Assembly (NCBI GenBank): GCA_030141605.1
Contig: JAQGDQ010000104.1
Coordinates: 372,001 to 436,000, forward strand
Direction: 5' to 3'
Length of the DNA stretch: 64,000 nucleotides
DNA from: Tubiluchus corallicola
Taxonomy: Eukaryota; Animalia; Priapulida
Shown here: piece by piece, positions 38,179-51,538 of the stretch
How positions within the stretch are numbered: the first letter of the stretch is position 1
Layout of the letters: every line of letters starts with the position of its first letter
The notes under the pieces: model-generated
What the model was told of the DNA's origin: nothing
The model's input: only the letters and a program-made list of their open reading frames with translations
The model's database searches: none
Made by a program: the position numbers and the translations under genes

Positions 38179-40337
38179 GCCAGATTTTGACTAATTTGAA
38201 CAATTAAGGACAAATATTGAAGTAATATAATACGTTATATATATATTTTAACAGCTGTGACGTCACTACTGCTGGCCATGCTGTAAAGGCTTGCTTGCAA
38301 GTGGGTAAAAAATAATCTAATTACAGCGAATTTGAAATGTGCTATTTGGAATTAGCAAAACTTTGGTGTGTTTTCAGATGTCTTCTGACAAAAATACAAC
38401 AAAAACAAACGAAATGTGGAGCATGTGTTATTAAGTCTTACCAAAAGGCATAACCTTTTCAATGTCGTTAGATGTTGTCTTAATGGCGTTGCTAACCGGC
38501 TGTTGCTAACGATAAATTCGGAAATTAGGATAGGACCTAACCTATCTTAGGTCTGCAATGTCCTAGAAAATTTTGACTTTGAATCAGACTGACAACGAGC
38601 CCTAACTGAGAACCAAATAATCTATCTTACTGTACAGTGTACACAACTGGACAGTCTAGATGAGCACGCTGTTGATGTACAATTATGTTGCGCCATCTAC
38701 CAACAAAAATAGTTAACAGATTGCCGCAAGATCTATAACAACATTTTCATTTGACTGTGCAGTTTTTGCTGGCTTTAGCGGTAACAATTTTTTTGCTGAC
38801 GTTAACAGTGACACACAAATGATTTTTATAGAAAACTTTGGTAACAACTTTTCGCATTCTCAATTCGCAAAATAACGAAAATTGATCCAGAACAGCTTGA
38901 TTTTCACTGACACTCTTGTCATTTGGTTAGTTGATAAAAGTTGGTTGACAAAAGTCGGAAAGGTGTCAGATACTGTCAGCAAACGCACCCGTGTAAAAAA
39001 ATATTTTCGTATGCTAACTAATCACGAAGAGCATGTACAATGACAGGTACTAGTACTTTACGTTTTGTTTTTCAACGGTAATAATTAAAATTAATAGCAG
39101 TAGTTTTGCACAATACAGGGACTGCTCTTGCATACTATATTATTAATTATTAGGTATAGAATTTCGAATTTAAATGTTCGTAAAGTATTAATGTCTTTTA
39201 TCACACGTAAACTATAAAACTGTAGTTTAATTTCAGAATTAATTGTGTTATATGTGTACGTATATAAATTATATTATTAAATAAAATTGATGTTTTATTT
39301 TTAAAAACAGCTACTACAATCGAATGTCTGGCGAAATTAATGTAATTAATAGATTAGCAAAAACAGTTAATCCATGGCACGAGCATTCGGGAAAAGAAGA
39401 ACGAGGTGAGAAAACAAAGAACAGAAAAGTTCTGTACTCTCAGCTTTGTTTTAATACGTCATACAGTTTCTTTTTGTTGTAAAAATCTAGGGAAAAACGC
39501 AGGATTAAACTGGAGAAATTTTCAAAGAGCACAATAAAAGAAATGGGCTTCCTAGTTATTAAAACTCGTGCATGCGTAATTAGTGACTGACCAACACTGC
39601 AAATAGAGGGATTGTTGTATAATCTTGAATAAAGATTTTTAATAATTAATAATAATGAACAACACTGTCTGGTAGGATTCTCCTTATTGCGTTGTCGTTT
39701 CGTCGGCGTCATTGTCGCCGTAGTCATCGCCATTATTGTTGCTACGGCTGTTATTTCCGTGAAATATGACTGAAATATACAAAAAAATGTAAGCCAATCA
39801 AGATGAAGATGACGTTATTACTAGGTCAAAGAAGACGTCAAAGATGAAAAGTCAGAATCCGAAGTATGCATCGATAGGCTGTATTAAAATGGCTCACATG
39901 TAGGCCTATTCGTTATTCAATTGATAATGTATTAATAATAGATAAACCTGATTCTCAGTTCTATTATTTACATGATAATTTATTTTTTTACTGTCTAAGA
40001 ATTATGTTTGTATTATGAAGTATATTTCAATTACCATTGTTCTTATGTTTCCGTTGTCAGACTTTTATTTTCAGTTCTTGTTTGATTTTTTTATTATGCA
40101 CTCATTATTACTGCGTATGAATTGTATTAACACGTTATAAGCATATCAATTTAATGTCATTTGTAGCAATTAAATCTTTATTATAAGCAGTTCTAACACT
40201 AATACACTGTAGCATAGCGCTTATAAAAATGTTCATCACTAACCAAAGGGCAGCTGACTAGATGACCAATTGGTCTTTCACTGCCCTTTCTTCACATTTT
40301 TTCCAAATTAATTGTTTTATAACTGTGCGTGTGTTGC

Positions 40338-40641
40338 TGGAAGCAGCTTCTCTAAAGAAGACCGAAGAGAAGAAAATGGGTGTGGTGGAGATGAGGATGT
40401 TGAGATGCATGGTGGGAATAACAAGCAGAGATAAAATTAGAAATAATAATATCAGAGGAACAGTAAAAGTAGTGGAAGCCTCGCAAGATTGCGATGGTAT
40501 GCACACCTGAAAAGAAGAGTCGGTGAAGATCATGTGGGAAGGGAAGACATAAATGAAGAGATGGTCAACAACAGGAATGCGTGGAGAAGACTCATTCACA
40601 ACGGCGACCCCGCATAGGGAAAAGCTGGGAAGAAGAAGAAG
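40338..40641 (+). mobile_element. RTE-clade (Expander/Rex3-like) LINE 3' fragment
   Basis: EMRMLRCMVGITSRDKIRN motif and (GAA)n tail. Perfect 17-bp TSD AACTGTGCGTGTGTTGC at 40321-40337 and 40642-40658. Confidence 0.9.
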
Positions 40642-40784
40642 AACTGTGCGTGTGTTGCAAGATAAATAAAAAAGATTAAGATTAAGATTTAGTAGAAGAC
40701 AAACTCAAAACATTAGAATATTGGCAGGTCACCAAAATGACATTAACTCATTTGACTATAAATTATCTTCATTTCATGTTCGAG

Positions 40785-42480
40785 TTTTGGTGCTAATTTT
40801 TTATTGAAATATTAGGCTACATACGAATTTTTCATAAACAGATCTGCGAACGAGACCTAATAAAACAATTTGGCAGTCACATGATCTTATGGTCGTTAAT
40901 TTTCGCGCTTGTTTTTGTTTTATTTTTTTATATATTCATTTTACACCAACTGAAAGTAAAAATTTGACAAATGCGTTTCTTAGTGCAATTCCACACAAAT
41001 GTACACAGCACACGTTTAGAAAAAGAAACATTGCATTTCGAACATAAAAATGTAAAAGCTACAAAACATAGACATAGACATAGATCATTTATTTTCTCCA
41101 ATTAGTTTAACATCAAAAGTTTTTTTAAATTTTAAGTAATTATAATAATGGAGCAGGGCAGGGAAGGACCATAGGGTCATCTAGTCTCCTGCCCTTTCTT
41201 ATAAATAGATTAGTGTATTAAAAATTAACGGTGATGCTGCAGATAACAAAAACAAAAACAAAGAAAAAAATAATAATAAAAACAGTATAAATGATACAAA
41301 TTGTCCAAAAAGAACTGAAAACAAAAAAATAATAAAGTTGGATACCAAAATCTAAACAAAACAATACAATTATTCAGTAGTTAGGATTATTATGTGTAGT
41401 AGTTTCAAATGTGGTCTTATTAACAGGGGAATTTGACAACACAAAAGCTTTTATAATTCAAAATACGACGAAACAATTCTGAGACTAAACATCACATATA
41501 GGCCTCAGTACAATCAGGCCAAAAATACGGAAAATTATCTGATTATATTTGAGAATTTTGTCTTTTTGATGTGGTACATTTTAGCAACAAAGTACCAATG
41601 GCTGCCTTTGATTGTAAATTAATAGGTTCATATTTAGCGTAGAACTAACGTGAATAGTGCTACAATGACCCAGTTAATTTTACACATGGTAGAAAGAAAC
41701 ATTATAAGACATTGCTTATCTGCTGCAAGTCCTCTTGCTTCTTTATTAATTATACGCCCTGTTATAGTAAGTACTTTTAGTTTTCGCTTGGCTTACCGCA
41801 TTTCATTGTACTTGCCAGTTTGCACTGACGCCAAAAGTGCATGTTTTATTAATACTTTCGTTGATTGATTATCTCAGTGTTCAACTGTGATTTTTATTAT
41901 CATACAGAAAAAATGTCACTTACTCAATTAGTTTTTTCAACACAGAGTAGCACTGTAGCATAACGTATTTAATTAAATTGCGAAGCGTTGAACTCGTATT
42001 CTCTCTTTCAAAGTTTCTCTCAAAACACAGTACTTTGAAATTTGCAAACCGTACTCTGGGCTACGTACGTAACTGAATAACAGCGAGAAAGTTATAGAAT
42101 AATATTTTCTGTAAAACAGCACCGAGAAAAGCCATCGAAATCGCATAGCCTATTGAATGAATATTGTTCTGCCGTCAGGTTCTCGCCGCCAGGGTATTTG
42201 TAATAACCCCGGGGACGGTTCGAGCCAGGGCTTTCCGGATGGCAAGTTCGAATACCACATCCTAAAACGAGGAATTTGTGTGGAATTGCACTAAGAAACG
42301 CATTTGTCAAATTTTTACTTTCAGTTGGTGTAAAATAAATATATAAAAAAAACAAGCGCGAAAATTAGCGACCATAAGATCATATGACTGCCAAATTGTT
42401 TTATTAGGTCTCGTTCGCAGATCTGTTTATGAAAAACTCGTATGTAGCCTAATATTTCAATAAAAAACTGGCACCAAAAT
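40785..42480. repeat. Inverted repeat pair (~210-bp arms at ~40785-41000 and ~42274-42480)
   Basis: For example, AATGCGTTTCTTAGTGCAATTCCACACAAAT versus ATTTGTGTGGAATTGCACTAAGAAACGCATT. Confidence 0.85.
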
Positions 42481-42685
42481 TATCACCAAAACTTGAAGAT
42501 CAAACGTGTGGAATAATATTTTTTGCAAAACAGCACCGAAAAAAAACCATCAAAATCGCATAGCCGATTGAATGAATATAGTTCTGCCGTCGGGTTCTCC
42601 CCTCCAGGGTATTTGTAATAACCCCTGGACGGTTCGATGCAGGGCTTTCCGGAAGGCAAGTTCGACTACCACATCCTAAAACGAG
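42097..42685. repeat. Direct repeat pair (~175 bp; 42097-42271 and 42511-42685)
   Basis: Both copies run from GAATAATATTTT to ACCACATCCTAAAACGAG and bracket the right inverted arm. Confidence 0.85.
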
Positions 42686-43514
42686 ATTAGCAAACCAAAC
42701 AACTGAGACATATTCACCAGCTTTGAAAGAGCGGTATAAGGCCCGACCAAAATGATTCGCTGACTACTGCAGATGAATATAATATTATGAGTAAAACTTG
42801 AAATTAGCAAGCTGTTAATTTTACAGTAATTGAAACTTTAGGATGAATTTTGAGCAGCTGACTAAACAGAAAAAAAACACAAAGAGTAAAGCCTCACATT
42901 TGCACGGAAACAGTTGGGAGACAAGTCCTGGGAGGGCGGGTGCAGGCTTGTCCTGTTTGGTGCTCAAACTCCAGCAGCAACTGAACTCAAGGAAACAGAA
43001 TGCGGCACTTATACTTATAGACTTTGCACGGGTGAAATAGGTGTTTAAATTTGAGCCAATCAGAAGGTATGATCTTTGAATTTTATGCAGGTGAGGTTAT
43101 TACATTTTGTGTTACAGGAGTGCTTTTACTTTTAAGCGACTTTGAAATAGCATACAGGCCGCATATCTGTATCTTTGAGTGAGTGAAAGTTTGGACGCAA
43201 AATTGGGCGTACCTTAGCCCTGCAATACTATGTTTCTAGGTATATGACAAAGTTAAGAAAAAAACTCCGTAGAAAAATTTTCAATAAAAAAAACAACAAA
43301 GTAATTTAATAGGCAATTTTTTTGAATCCCATTTCTGAAATGACCGACCAAGACAGTCCTCCTCGTTTTGGTAGTTCCATAACGGCCACTAGGTAGCAGC
43401 ACAGCCCAGCGTCTTTAGAGTGCCTTTTATATTTACCAGAGGTTATTCACGAAGCGACTTTCGAAATAAAGCATTCAAAAAGCTTGAAGACGACAAGCAT
43501 ACCTGAAAACGTTT

Positions 43515-44525
43515 AAGTACGTTTCCCAGAAAAGGTGTTTCCCAGAAAACTTTTTCACAAAAAAAGTTTCTCAGAAAAAAATTGCGAGAAAATTTTTCCT
43601 AAAAAACTCGTTTCACAGAAAAAGTATTCATGCTTTTCCACAAATATTTTTTAACAGAAAAATCGTGGTTGCGTTTTTAGTTGCAAGATCTGTTATTTTA
43701 ATAGGATAAAATCTTCGTTTTTTTCAAGTTTTAAGACCTAAATAAACAAGTTTTAGTCTAATTCTGTTTTAGAGATCAGTCTTGTTTTTAATTTTTTGGA
43801 AAAATGTTTTGCTTTTTAACAAATTTTAGCGCGAAATCAGAATCAATTTGCATTGTATCATTCGCCATTATAATCACCTCAATTTTAGTTGATTATCCAA
43901 GGATTTGAAATAAAGTTTAATAAGCAATCTAGAAAATGAAAACACTGAGCCTTGTAGTGAATGCCTTATGCCCAATAAATTATGCTCCTTCACGATATTT
44001 TTTTACAGGTTCTTTTATGGCAGGACCGGATCCTAGTTCATTTCAAATTAATCACCTGAGATGAGATATTAAACGGACGAGGTGTCACATGTCGGATGCA
44101 TGTACAATTTTACATCTTCCCTAAATCAGCGAAAAAACTCGGCGTAACAGTGATAGGAACTGCCCAAAGTGAGATTCCATAAGCAGACACCCAACTAATC
44201 AGTTGTCAGGCTCGACATTGCTTTACTTCGGCTGCCAATCACACGCAAAGATCAACGTTATGCGCTACTATAATCTTTTGACTTTACAAAGCTACTTTCT
44301 TGTCTTAATGGATTGACCATATGAGTTGATCACATAATCGTGTTAATCAATCCACGTAGTTAAAAAAACTATATTTTATTTTGCAGCATCTAACTACGCT
44401 TTTAAAAGGATTTGTTACCTCTTCTGTGAATTTTATTTTCTGGGAAATGACGGTTCCGGGAAAAAAATTTCTGGGAAATGGCTGTTCTGGACATATACAA
44501 AAGGACATTACTCGGAAATGGCCAC
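43515..44525. mobile_element. Foldback/MITE-like element with inverted TTTCCCAGAAAA subrepeat arms
   Basis: TTTC(C/A/T)CAGAAAA units at 43520-43625 and TTTCTGGGAAAT units at 44437-44520. Confidence 0.5.
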
Positions 44526-45672
44526 ACTTGTTTTCCAAAAAAACCTAAAGTTCGTAATTTTCTCAAAGTCAATTTTCATATTCTTCTTACTTAATTGTAT
44601 GCGCATGCGCCGATCACATCCTTCTCATTCTCTCTCTTTCTTTCTCTCGTCCTGTCCTCCTCTTTCTCATTTTCTCCATATGGTTCGTTATACGGCTTTC
44701 ACATCAGCAGATTCATATTTTGTATAGTATACACAACATTGAAGCACGAGTGCCAACAAGCTCCATACAAATAAAACATGTAAGAATAAATGTCTATTAA
44801 AAAGTTATTTGTTAGCTATACAATCAAGAGCTGATTTGTTTTTAAATGATTTTTGTCAGTTACAAAATTCTATACATACTGTGAAAAAAGAGGGGATTAT
44901 TATTATTAAACCGCTCCCATTTTGATTACGAAGAGTGTTTTCTCCTTTTGTCTTCAAGGCACTAAACACTATTGATTCATTTTTTGCCTGAACTGGCTTC
45001 CGTGATTACATCACGACGAAATTACCTAGCATAGTTGCTCGAACCACAAGCGGGTTGCGCAGTAACCTACTGCGCATATCATACGTGAAAATAAACAGAA
45101 GCCGTTCGGTGCGAGTCTTACAGTAACGAGAATAAAATTAAATTAGGCTTTGCAGTTGATGACTGGTAATGTGTATAGTTGTTGTGCCTGCTTGTGGACT
45201 TGCCCTCCTGTGTGATTTACACCAATAAAAGGCAAGCAAACAAAAATTAACGGAATTTGCCTGTGGCGAGGGTAAATGCGTCAACGGGTAGAAAGGCAGA
45301 CGCGTGTCGTTTTGCAACATTTGAGAAAGATCGCGAGAAAATGTGGGCAACACAGATGCTTAGATTTCACGAAACTCACTAGTGCACAGGTGGTTACTCC
45401 ACCATAGTTAAATACAGGTGAAACAGTTCTATGACGTAAGGCGGAAAGGTGCGCGAAAGATGAATTTTTTCTATTAACGAAATTTCGATTAAAATGTGAA
45501 CATTTTACGCGCGAAATTTCGATTATTTCGTTTCGGTAGAAATCAAGAAACCGTCAAATAACTATGTGGACTTCGCTTCTAACAGCGGCGCTGAATTCTG
45601 CGAACTACCACTTTTACAATTTCCAGTATTTTATCCTCAAAGTACGATTCACTGACGAACTAACTCGCTAAG

Positions 45673-45960
45673 ATGATTCGTCTACACGGCCTACTTCGTC
45701 GAAGGTCACATTTTGAAGCCACGAAAGAACAGGCGAGAAAGTCGAGTAAACATGACCTGAGGTCGCAGTCATCACTGGATGGTCGCCGTCGGTCGTCCGG
45801 TAGTGCAAAGGACCAGAATTTGCTCGATTACAAGCACTTGTCGACCCAAAGCAACGATTCCGGGTTCAGCATGTATGTCCTCATTGGCTGTATTTCTACG
45901 TTGGTGTTCGCTGCCCTCATATACTCTGTGGTAAAAGCTCTGTGGCCGAGCTCATCCTGA
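45673..45960 (+). CDS. Small single-pass, tail-anchor-like membrane protein, 95 aa, unknown family
   Basis: GC-elevated ATG ORF with a basic Ser/Arg-rich N-region and one C-terminal hydrophobic helix (MYVLIGCISTLVFAALIYSVV). CpG-rich upstream region; AATAAA at ~46290. Confidence 0.6.
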   Translation: MIRLHGLLRRRSHFEATKEQARKSSKHDLRSQSSLDGRRRSSGSAKDQNLLDYKHLSTQSNDSGFSMYVLIGCISTLVFAALIYSVVKALWPSSS

Positions 45961-46374
45961 TGTCAGTGATTTGGGAAAACTTGGGCTATAAGTGTCCAGT
46001 GTTCGGTATGGAAAGCGAGTCAAACATTCCTCGAGTCAACTTAACAGCAATTATTGTCGTTTCTGTACAGTCACAAGCGTGTTTCTAGTGGTTACTGTAC
46101 CATGTTTTGTCATTATTCTCTTCCTCAGGCTATTGTAACGTTGGTTACTGCAACTAAACACTCTTTATTTACCATACTAAGCTACGTGTGTACCTAAACA
46201 CCTGATGCGAATACCTATATAGTAAATATTGCACCAAGCAACCACTATAGCTTGCACCAGGTTCCATAGAATATCTAGTTGAATAATGCAATAAAATTCA
46301 GTCAATTCAATTCAAATCAGTTCTTTTAAAATTCATCTTAAACGAACAGCAACGAAGTGACTTTACCACTAGGT

Positions 46375-46640
46375 AAAGTAGTCAGCCGAGTGGTCACGGT
46401 CTATGATTGGCGACCAAAGTCAAGCAACACTCAGGTTGGTCAATAAATGAATGGTTGACTGGCAGGTTTAGTGCTCATACTTCGATCTTCATTCATCATC
46501 CTGATTAGGGCTATCTCTCCTGTGCAATGAGGGATAATGTATGCACCTCTGAACGTGGCTATGATACCTCCAAATGTTCAGGCTATCACTTCAGAGGACT
46601 ATCCTTACTAATGAACAAGATGTCGGTCCTGCCACAAACC
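46375..46640 (+). mobile_element. Decayed SINE-like element with tRNA A-box-like and 5S-like segments
   Basis: CAGCCGAGTGGT is followed by AAGTCAAGCAACACTCAGGTTGGTCAATAAATGAATGGTTGAC, which resembles the 5S internal promoter. The 3' part (GAACGTGGCT...TGTTCAG...TGCCACAAAC) resembles 32470-32560. Confidence 0.35.
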
Positions 46641-47429
46641 TACATAAAGAAAGCTCTGTTACTAAAGGCTGAACTTTATAAAAATAGTTAGGATTAGTTA
46701 GGACGCGTGATTAGTACGTTTTGAATCATTTAACGAAGGAATAGCTGCTTCGAAGAAACAGATGTACGCTGTTCTAAAAATGAATCAGTTTGATAATAGA
46801 CAAATTTAAACTATTGTTTGTGGGGAATCCTATGAAATTATGCAGTCATCATCGATGACTTTTAATTGTTCCTAAAATTAAATGCCAGTTTCTTGTTGGC
46901 TTTGATAAAATTATTGAGCAAAATGTTAGTTATTAAGACACATATTATTTCAGCACAGATGATTTCGTACTCCACAAACCTGTACAACCTTACATTGTGC
47001 ATTATTCAAAAATTTTATGTTTATTTAGTTTTCTGTAGCGTAAAATCCATATAAATATATATGTACTTGTGATTATTAAAGCCACAGATGTAAGCCTTGA
47101 CAGACAGCGTCGCAAATCCAGCACTGTTTAACCTCCTATTTAATAATCAGTATGCTGATCGATTAGTGATCATTAGTTGCGAAAACAGCGAGGAAAGTTG
47201 CTCTGATGGATTGATGCTTCTATTACAAATTATTAAGCAGTTTTACGGATCGATGTAGGCCCGGGAGCCCTACATGTGTCTTAGCACCAAGTATTGATTG
47301 TGTAGTGAGAGTCTGCGAGAGAAAGAATATAGGCATGTCATATACAGGCTTTGAGAGTTCGAGAGGCAGGAAGTATCAACAAACTGCTCAGCCAACTTAC
47401 ATGCTACAATCTATTTTGCGCCTCATAAC

Positions 47430-48148
47430 CAAGGCCGGCTCTACCATTAAGACAAACTAGCAAGTTGCCCAGGGCGCCAAATTTTTAGAGGCGCCAAATT
47501 CAGGAAGTAATTCTTTAATTTTAAAGTTTAGGCTAAATAACAACGTGGTGCAGCCTATACATTTGTAATTCTTTAAGTGCACAACACTAATTAAAAGAAA
47601 CGAGCGCCTGCAGTCTCTATTGTATGCACAGAGCAGCAGAGTTAAGTGTTTGTTTATAGTAATGAGACTACAGATTAATTTGTAAGAACAAAAGTCTTCA
47701 GAATATACGAAACGAAAAGTGCAAAAGCTAGCTAGTGGCGACAATGAACAGCAATCAGATTCGCTAATAAAGCATTTGCAACCAGACCAGAGTTACGGTT
47801 GTGAAGGTGATGAGTTAGTAAAATGGATGTATAAGTGAAAAAGAGGAGTTAGGGCTTCCAAACTTTTCTAATGAAAAGCTGAGGGAAAATCTAGAGGGGA
47901 ATAGAGAAAATTGTAGAAGTTTGATTGCTCCTGAAAACCTGATAATTGCATCATAAATTCAGTTTCAATTAACACAACACTAACTGTAAAAAGGCAATTG
48001 ACTACACTGAATTAGTACACTATACGCCTAATACACAGGAACGACTATTGTTTATCATAACATTATACAAGAAAATTTCCATTTTGGAGGTGTGATGGGG
48101 ACCGTGGGGAAAGGGGCATACTTTTGGAGTTACCCAGAGCTAGCCCTG
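47430..48148. mobile_element. Decayed non-autonomous hAT-type element
   Basis: Imperfect TIRs CAAGGCCGGCTCT / AGAGCTAGCCCTG; flanking 8-mers CTCATAAC / CTTAGAAC (6/8 match). Confidence 0.5.
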
Positions 48149-49699
48149 CTTAGAACAACCAATGACGTTAACTCTCTGTTAGCTGTAACGACTGGTGCTT
48201 TGGTTTCTCCTGCTTTTTTGTTATTGGGGAACATCTTCCTTCAGATTTTAATGACCGTTATTAGACGTTGTGTGATACACATGGTTGTCAATAAACAGCA
48301 CGTATGTATATGTGTAACTATTAAATTTTAGGTTGAAAGTTGGTCTAGAAATATTTTATTGTTAAAGGTTTAAATACAAATGTTGTGTTTACATCATGTG
48401 GTATAAGTTTAAATATTTTATTATTACGTTTTTAAAATATGTTGTTTTTCAGTTTTTAAGTGTTGTTAGTAATACATATCTACAATTATTAAGTGTTAAT
48501 TTGAAAGATGTTCTAGAAAAAGGTTATTATTAAACTTTCAAATGCAAAGCTTCTATTTATATAAGTTAGCATAATTTATGTGTACCAGTATAATAAAAAG
48601 CTTGATCTCGAACTTAAACGTATTTTGAGCCATTATGCTGTTTCGAAATAATTATTTTAAGTATATGTATGCAGGCCCATTTATGTAAAGCATGTCACCA
48701 TATAGTTTAGAACTTAGAGATACAGGTTACGTGTTTTTAAAAATTAAATAGTCATTTACACACAATGTATGGGACACAGATAGGCCTAAGTGTCATTAAC
48801 AAAATACGGTTAAATAATCAAAGGCCTAGAGGGACTGTGCAAAAGCACCAATACAACCACACACTGTAACAAAAATAAAAACGTTTTTATCAACCATTAA
48901 GAAACATTTTTAATTGCTGTCTGTTATCTGTCTCTCTGTCTGTCTATCTGCTTGTCTGTCCGTCTGTCTCTGTCTTCTTTTGCCTGTCTGTCTTAATTCA
49001 CATCCAAACAGAAATAAAATTTAGTACGTAAAGTAATCTGAGATAAGATTAATTGTACAAAACGAATTTACACATAAAATGCATGTTTTGAGTGTTGAAA
49101 TGCAAGTGAGAAATGCAATTTGCATTCACGGAGTTTAGATGCCTCGTGGATAGACTCACAATATTTCTATTAAATTTTTGAAACTTGGCCTGGTCAAAAA
49201 TGAGAAAAAGTTGGAATGAAGCCATATTTGAACAATGAACATTTGAATTACATGCTTAATGTCTATCTTAGATTACTAGATAGCTCCTTATGAAGTTAAG
49301 ATCAAGTTAGGTAGCTCGTTATTATGAAATCTGAAAACTTGCCAGGAAGTTAAGTGTTTCCAAGGCCATGTAAACAGTTGGGTTACACAATCAGTATATT
49401 GCATTAATTTTTTCATACTTTCTCTTGCAGTTAACAGTGTTACGGTAATTGTACTAATTCAGGATTGAAATAATTTCTAACAGGTTTAACGATACTGGTG
49501 GTTTAATAAGAAACGGACAAGAAGGTATTCACGCAGTGAAGCCAGTAGCGCAAGAGTTTATGATATCTTGCACCTGACGGCGCCACAAGCACTCACACGT
49601 GACCAAGCAAAACACAATGCACAAAACACATGCGAGTACTTTCTTGTAATACGGTGTTTTCTTGACAAAACGTTTAATTTTAGATAAATTACTGCAGCT

Positions 49700-49756
49700 A
49701 TGTCGGAAACGAAAGCGGATTTAAAGCGAGATTCGACCATGCATGCTACGGCAAAG
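49700..49756 (+). CDS. TMxxTAxEG-repeat / AT-hook protein, exon 1 (MSETKADLKRDSTMHATAK)
   Basis: ATG follows a CpG-rich promoter-like region. Donor AAG|GTAAAC, phase 0; ends in the repeat half TMHATAK. Confidence 0.78.
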
Positions 49757-51379
49757 GTAAACAGTGCTCTAGCTTGATTAGACTTCAGAAAATTAATTTT
49801 TGTTTTTATGGTATCGACCTCAGAATTTGTCTGATGTGGTGAAGAACTGATGATTATGGCCGCTTGCGCTTGGCCGATTTGTTATCATTATTGGTTGTAT
49901 AAGTTACCCGCGAAGTTTGAAAAACCGAATTAGTTGTATTGCTATATTCTGCGAGCAGCTAACGACTTCAGCGACATTTAACAGTGAATTTGGTTTGTGT
50001 ATTGCAGATTGAGTGCTGATAGTATACTGTGATAGTTGGCTATGTTGTTTAACTGTTAATTTAACGTTAGCTCAAAGTAGTTATAATAAACTTAGCAATG
50101 TGGTAGGACACGTAATAATTAAGAATTGATCAGGTGCCAACAATATACAACTGTCTCATCTCAGCATAAATGATTAAATTGCCCAACATTTAGCAAGATT
50201 AATCATTGTAACTGTCTTGTTTGAACTGTGCTGGTAATTAGCATATTACATCGGTAGTGTTCGACTCAAGCCAGTACATATAATAATTATGATGACGCCA
50301 TTAGTTTTTGTATTGTTATAGTTTTCTGTGATATATTACTGTATGTTTTGGATGTTATTGATGGTCAGTTGTTTGTAAACTTTGTCATGTTATTTCATAT
50401 TATTACTAATTTTACAAACATAGATGGCAGCATAGTGCAATTTTAATTCTTCAAAATGTCTGAGTTAGCAAAATTGATGCTTAAAGTAAAACAGTTTATA
50501 CAAATTTAGACCATAGCTCAAAAAACCTATAGATATCTGAAATATCTTAAATGAACTTGTTTTTAAGAATAATTTACGTTAAAGAATTTTTGGCTTTAAA
50601 ACCCTTTTTCATTGCTTTTACAAAAGTTACAGCTTTCCTGTCTAGATGGATAACAATTATCTGTAACTTTTCCATATTGTACCAAGGGCAGATATTTGTT
50701 GTATCAGCTGTGCTGTATATAACTAACTACACAAGCCAAGATGTTAGAAGGGCTAGCGAAATCACATGCTGACTCAACACTGGACTTTTTTTGAAATTTG
50801 AAATTGAGAGCTAAGAATTTGCCAGAAAAATTTCATGTTAAATATAATATCACTGTCATTCATTGTACAGCATCAATTGCAACCATCATTTTTGCAAAAT
50901 GCGTAGTGAAGACTCCTTTTATTGTGACTAACCATATTTGGGCAAACCTTCTAGATATTAAGCCAATAAATTTGACTTGAATCGAATTTGAAATATATTT
51001 TATATTTAAGCATAAGAAGCACTTGCAAATTTAGTATCATTATAATACGTTGCAGGTATTTTACACCACATATTTCAAAATAAGTTTTGGTGGGTGTGGT
51101 CAAAAAAGTTCTTCTGTTTTACTTCAAGATAAAAGCCTCGCAAATTTACACATCGGTAGACTGAGCTTATTGCATTCATAGCTGCAAAACAAAATTTTAA
51201 ACTACAGCAAAAGGTTATGTTTAATTACAGCTTTGGAGGCAGCAGCTCAAAATAGTTTGGTATTATTACAATTTCAACAAATGTTTTCTTAAATACATAT
51301 TTTTACTAATTGTAAATTAGCAACATCTCAGCAGCATCTTGGGCCTGCTTTTGATTTTGCATGATATATTTTCAAACAG

Positions 51380-51538
51380 GAGGGCATGTCTTACCTCAAG
51401 GCATCAAAAAAAGATACGCTGATTAAGTACCAAGGTCTTGATCAGCTGATACCGTCTGACGAACCTGGGCAATCGAGTGCAAGCAGCGGGGGAAAACCGT
51501 CTGTGAGGAAATCCATGACAATGCAACAGACGGCAAAG
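51380..51538 (+). CDS. TMxxTAxEG-repeat / AT-hook protein, exon 2 (EGMSYLKA...KSMTMQQTAK)
   Basis: Acceptor TTTTCAAACAG| and donor AAG|GTTG; 159 nt, open, phase 0/0. Confidence 0.85.
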
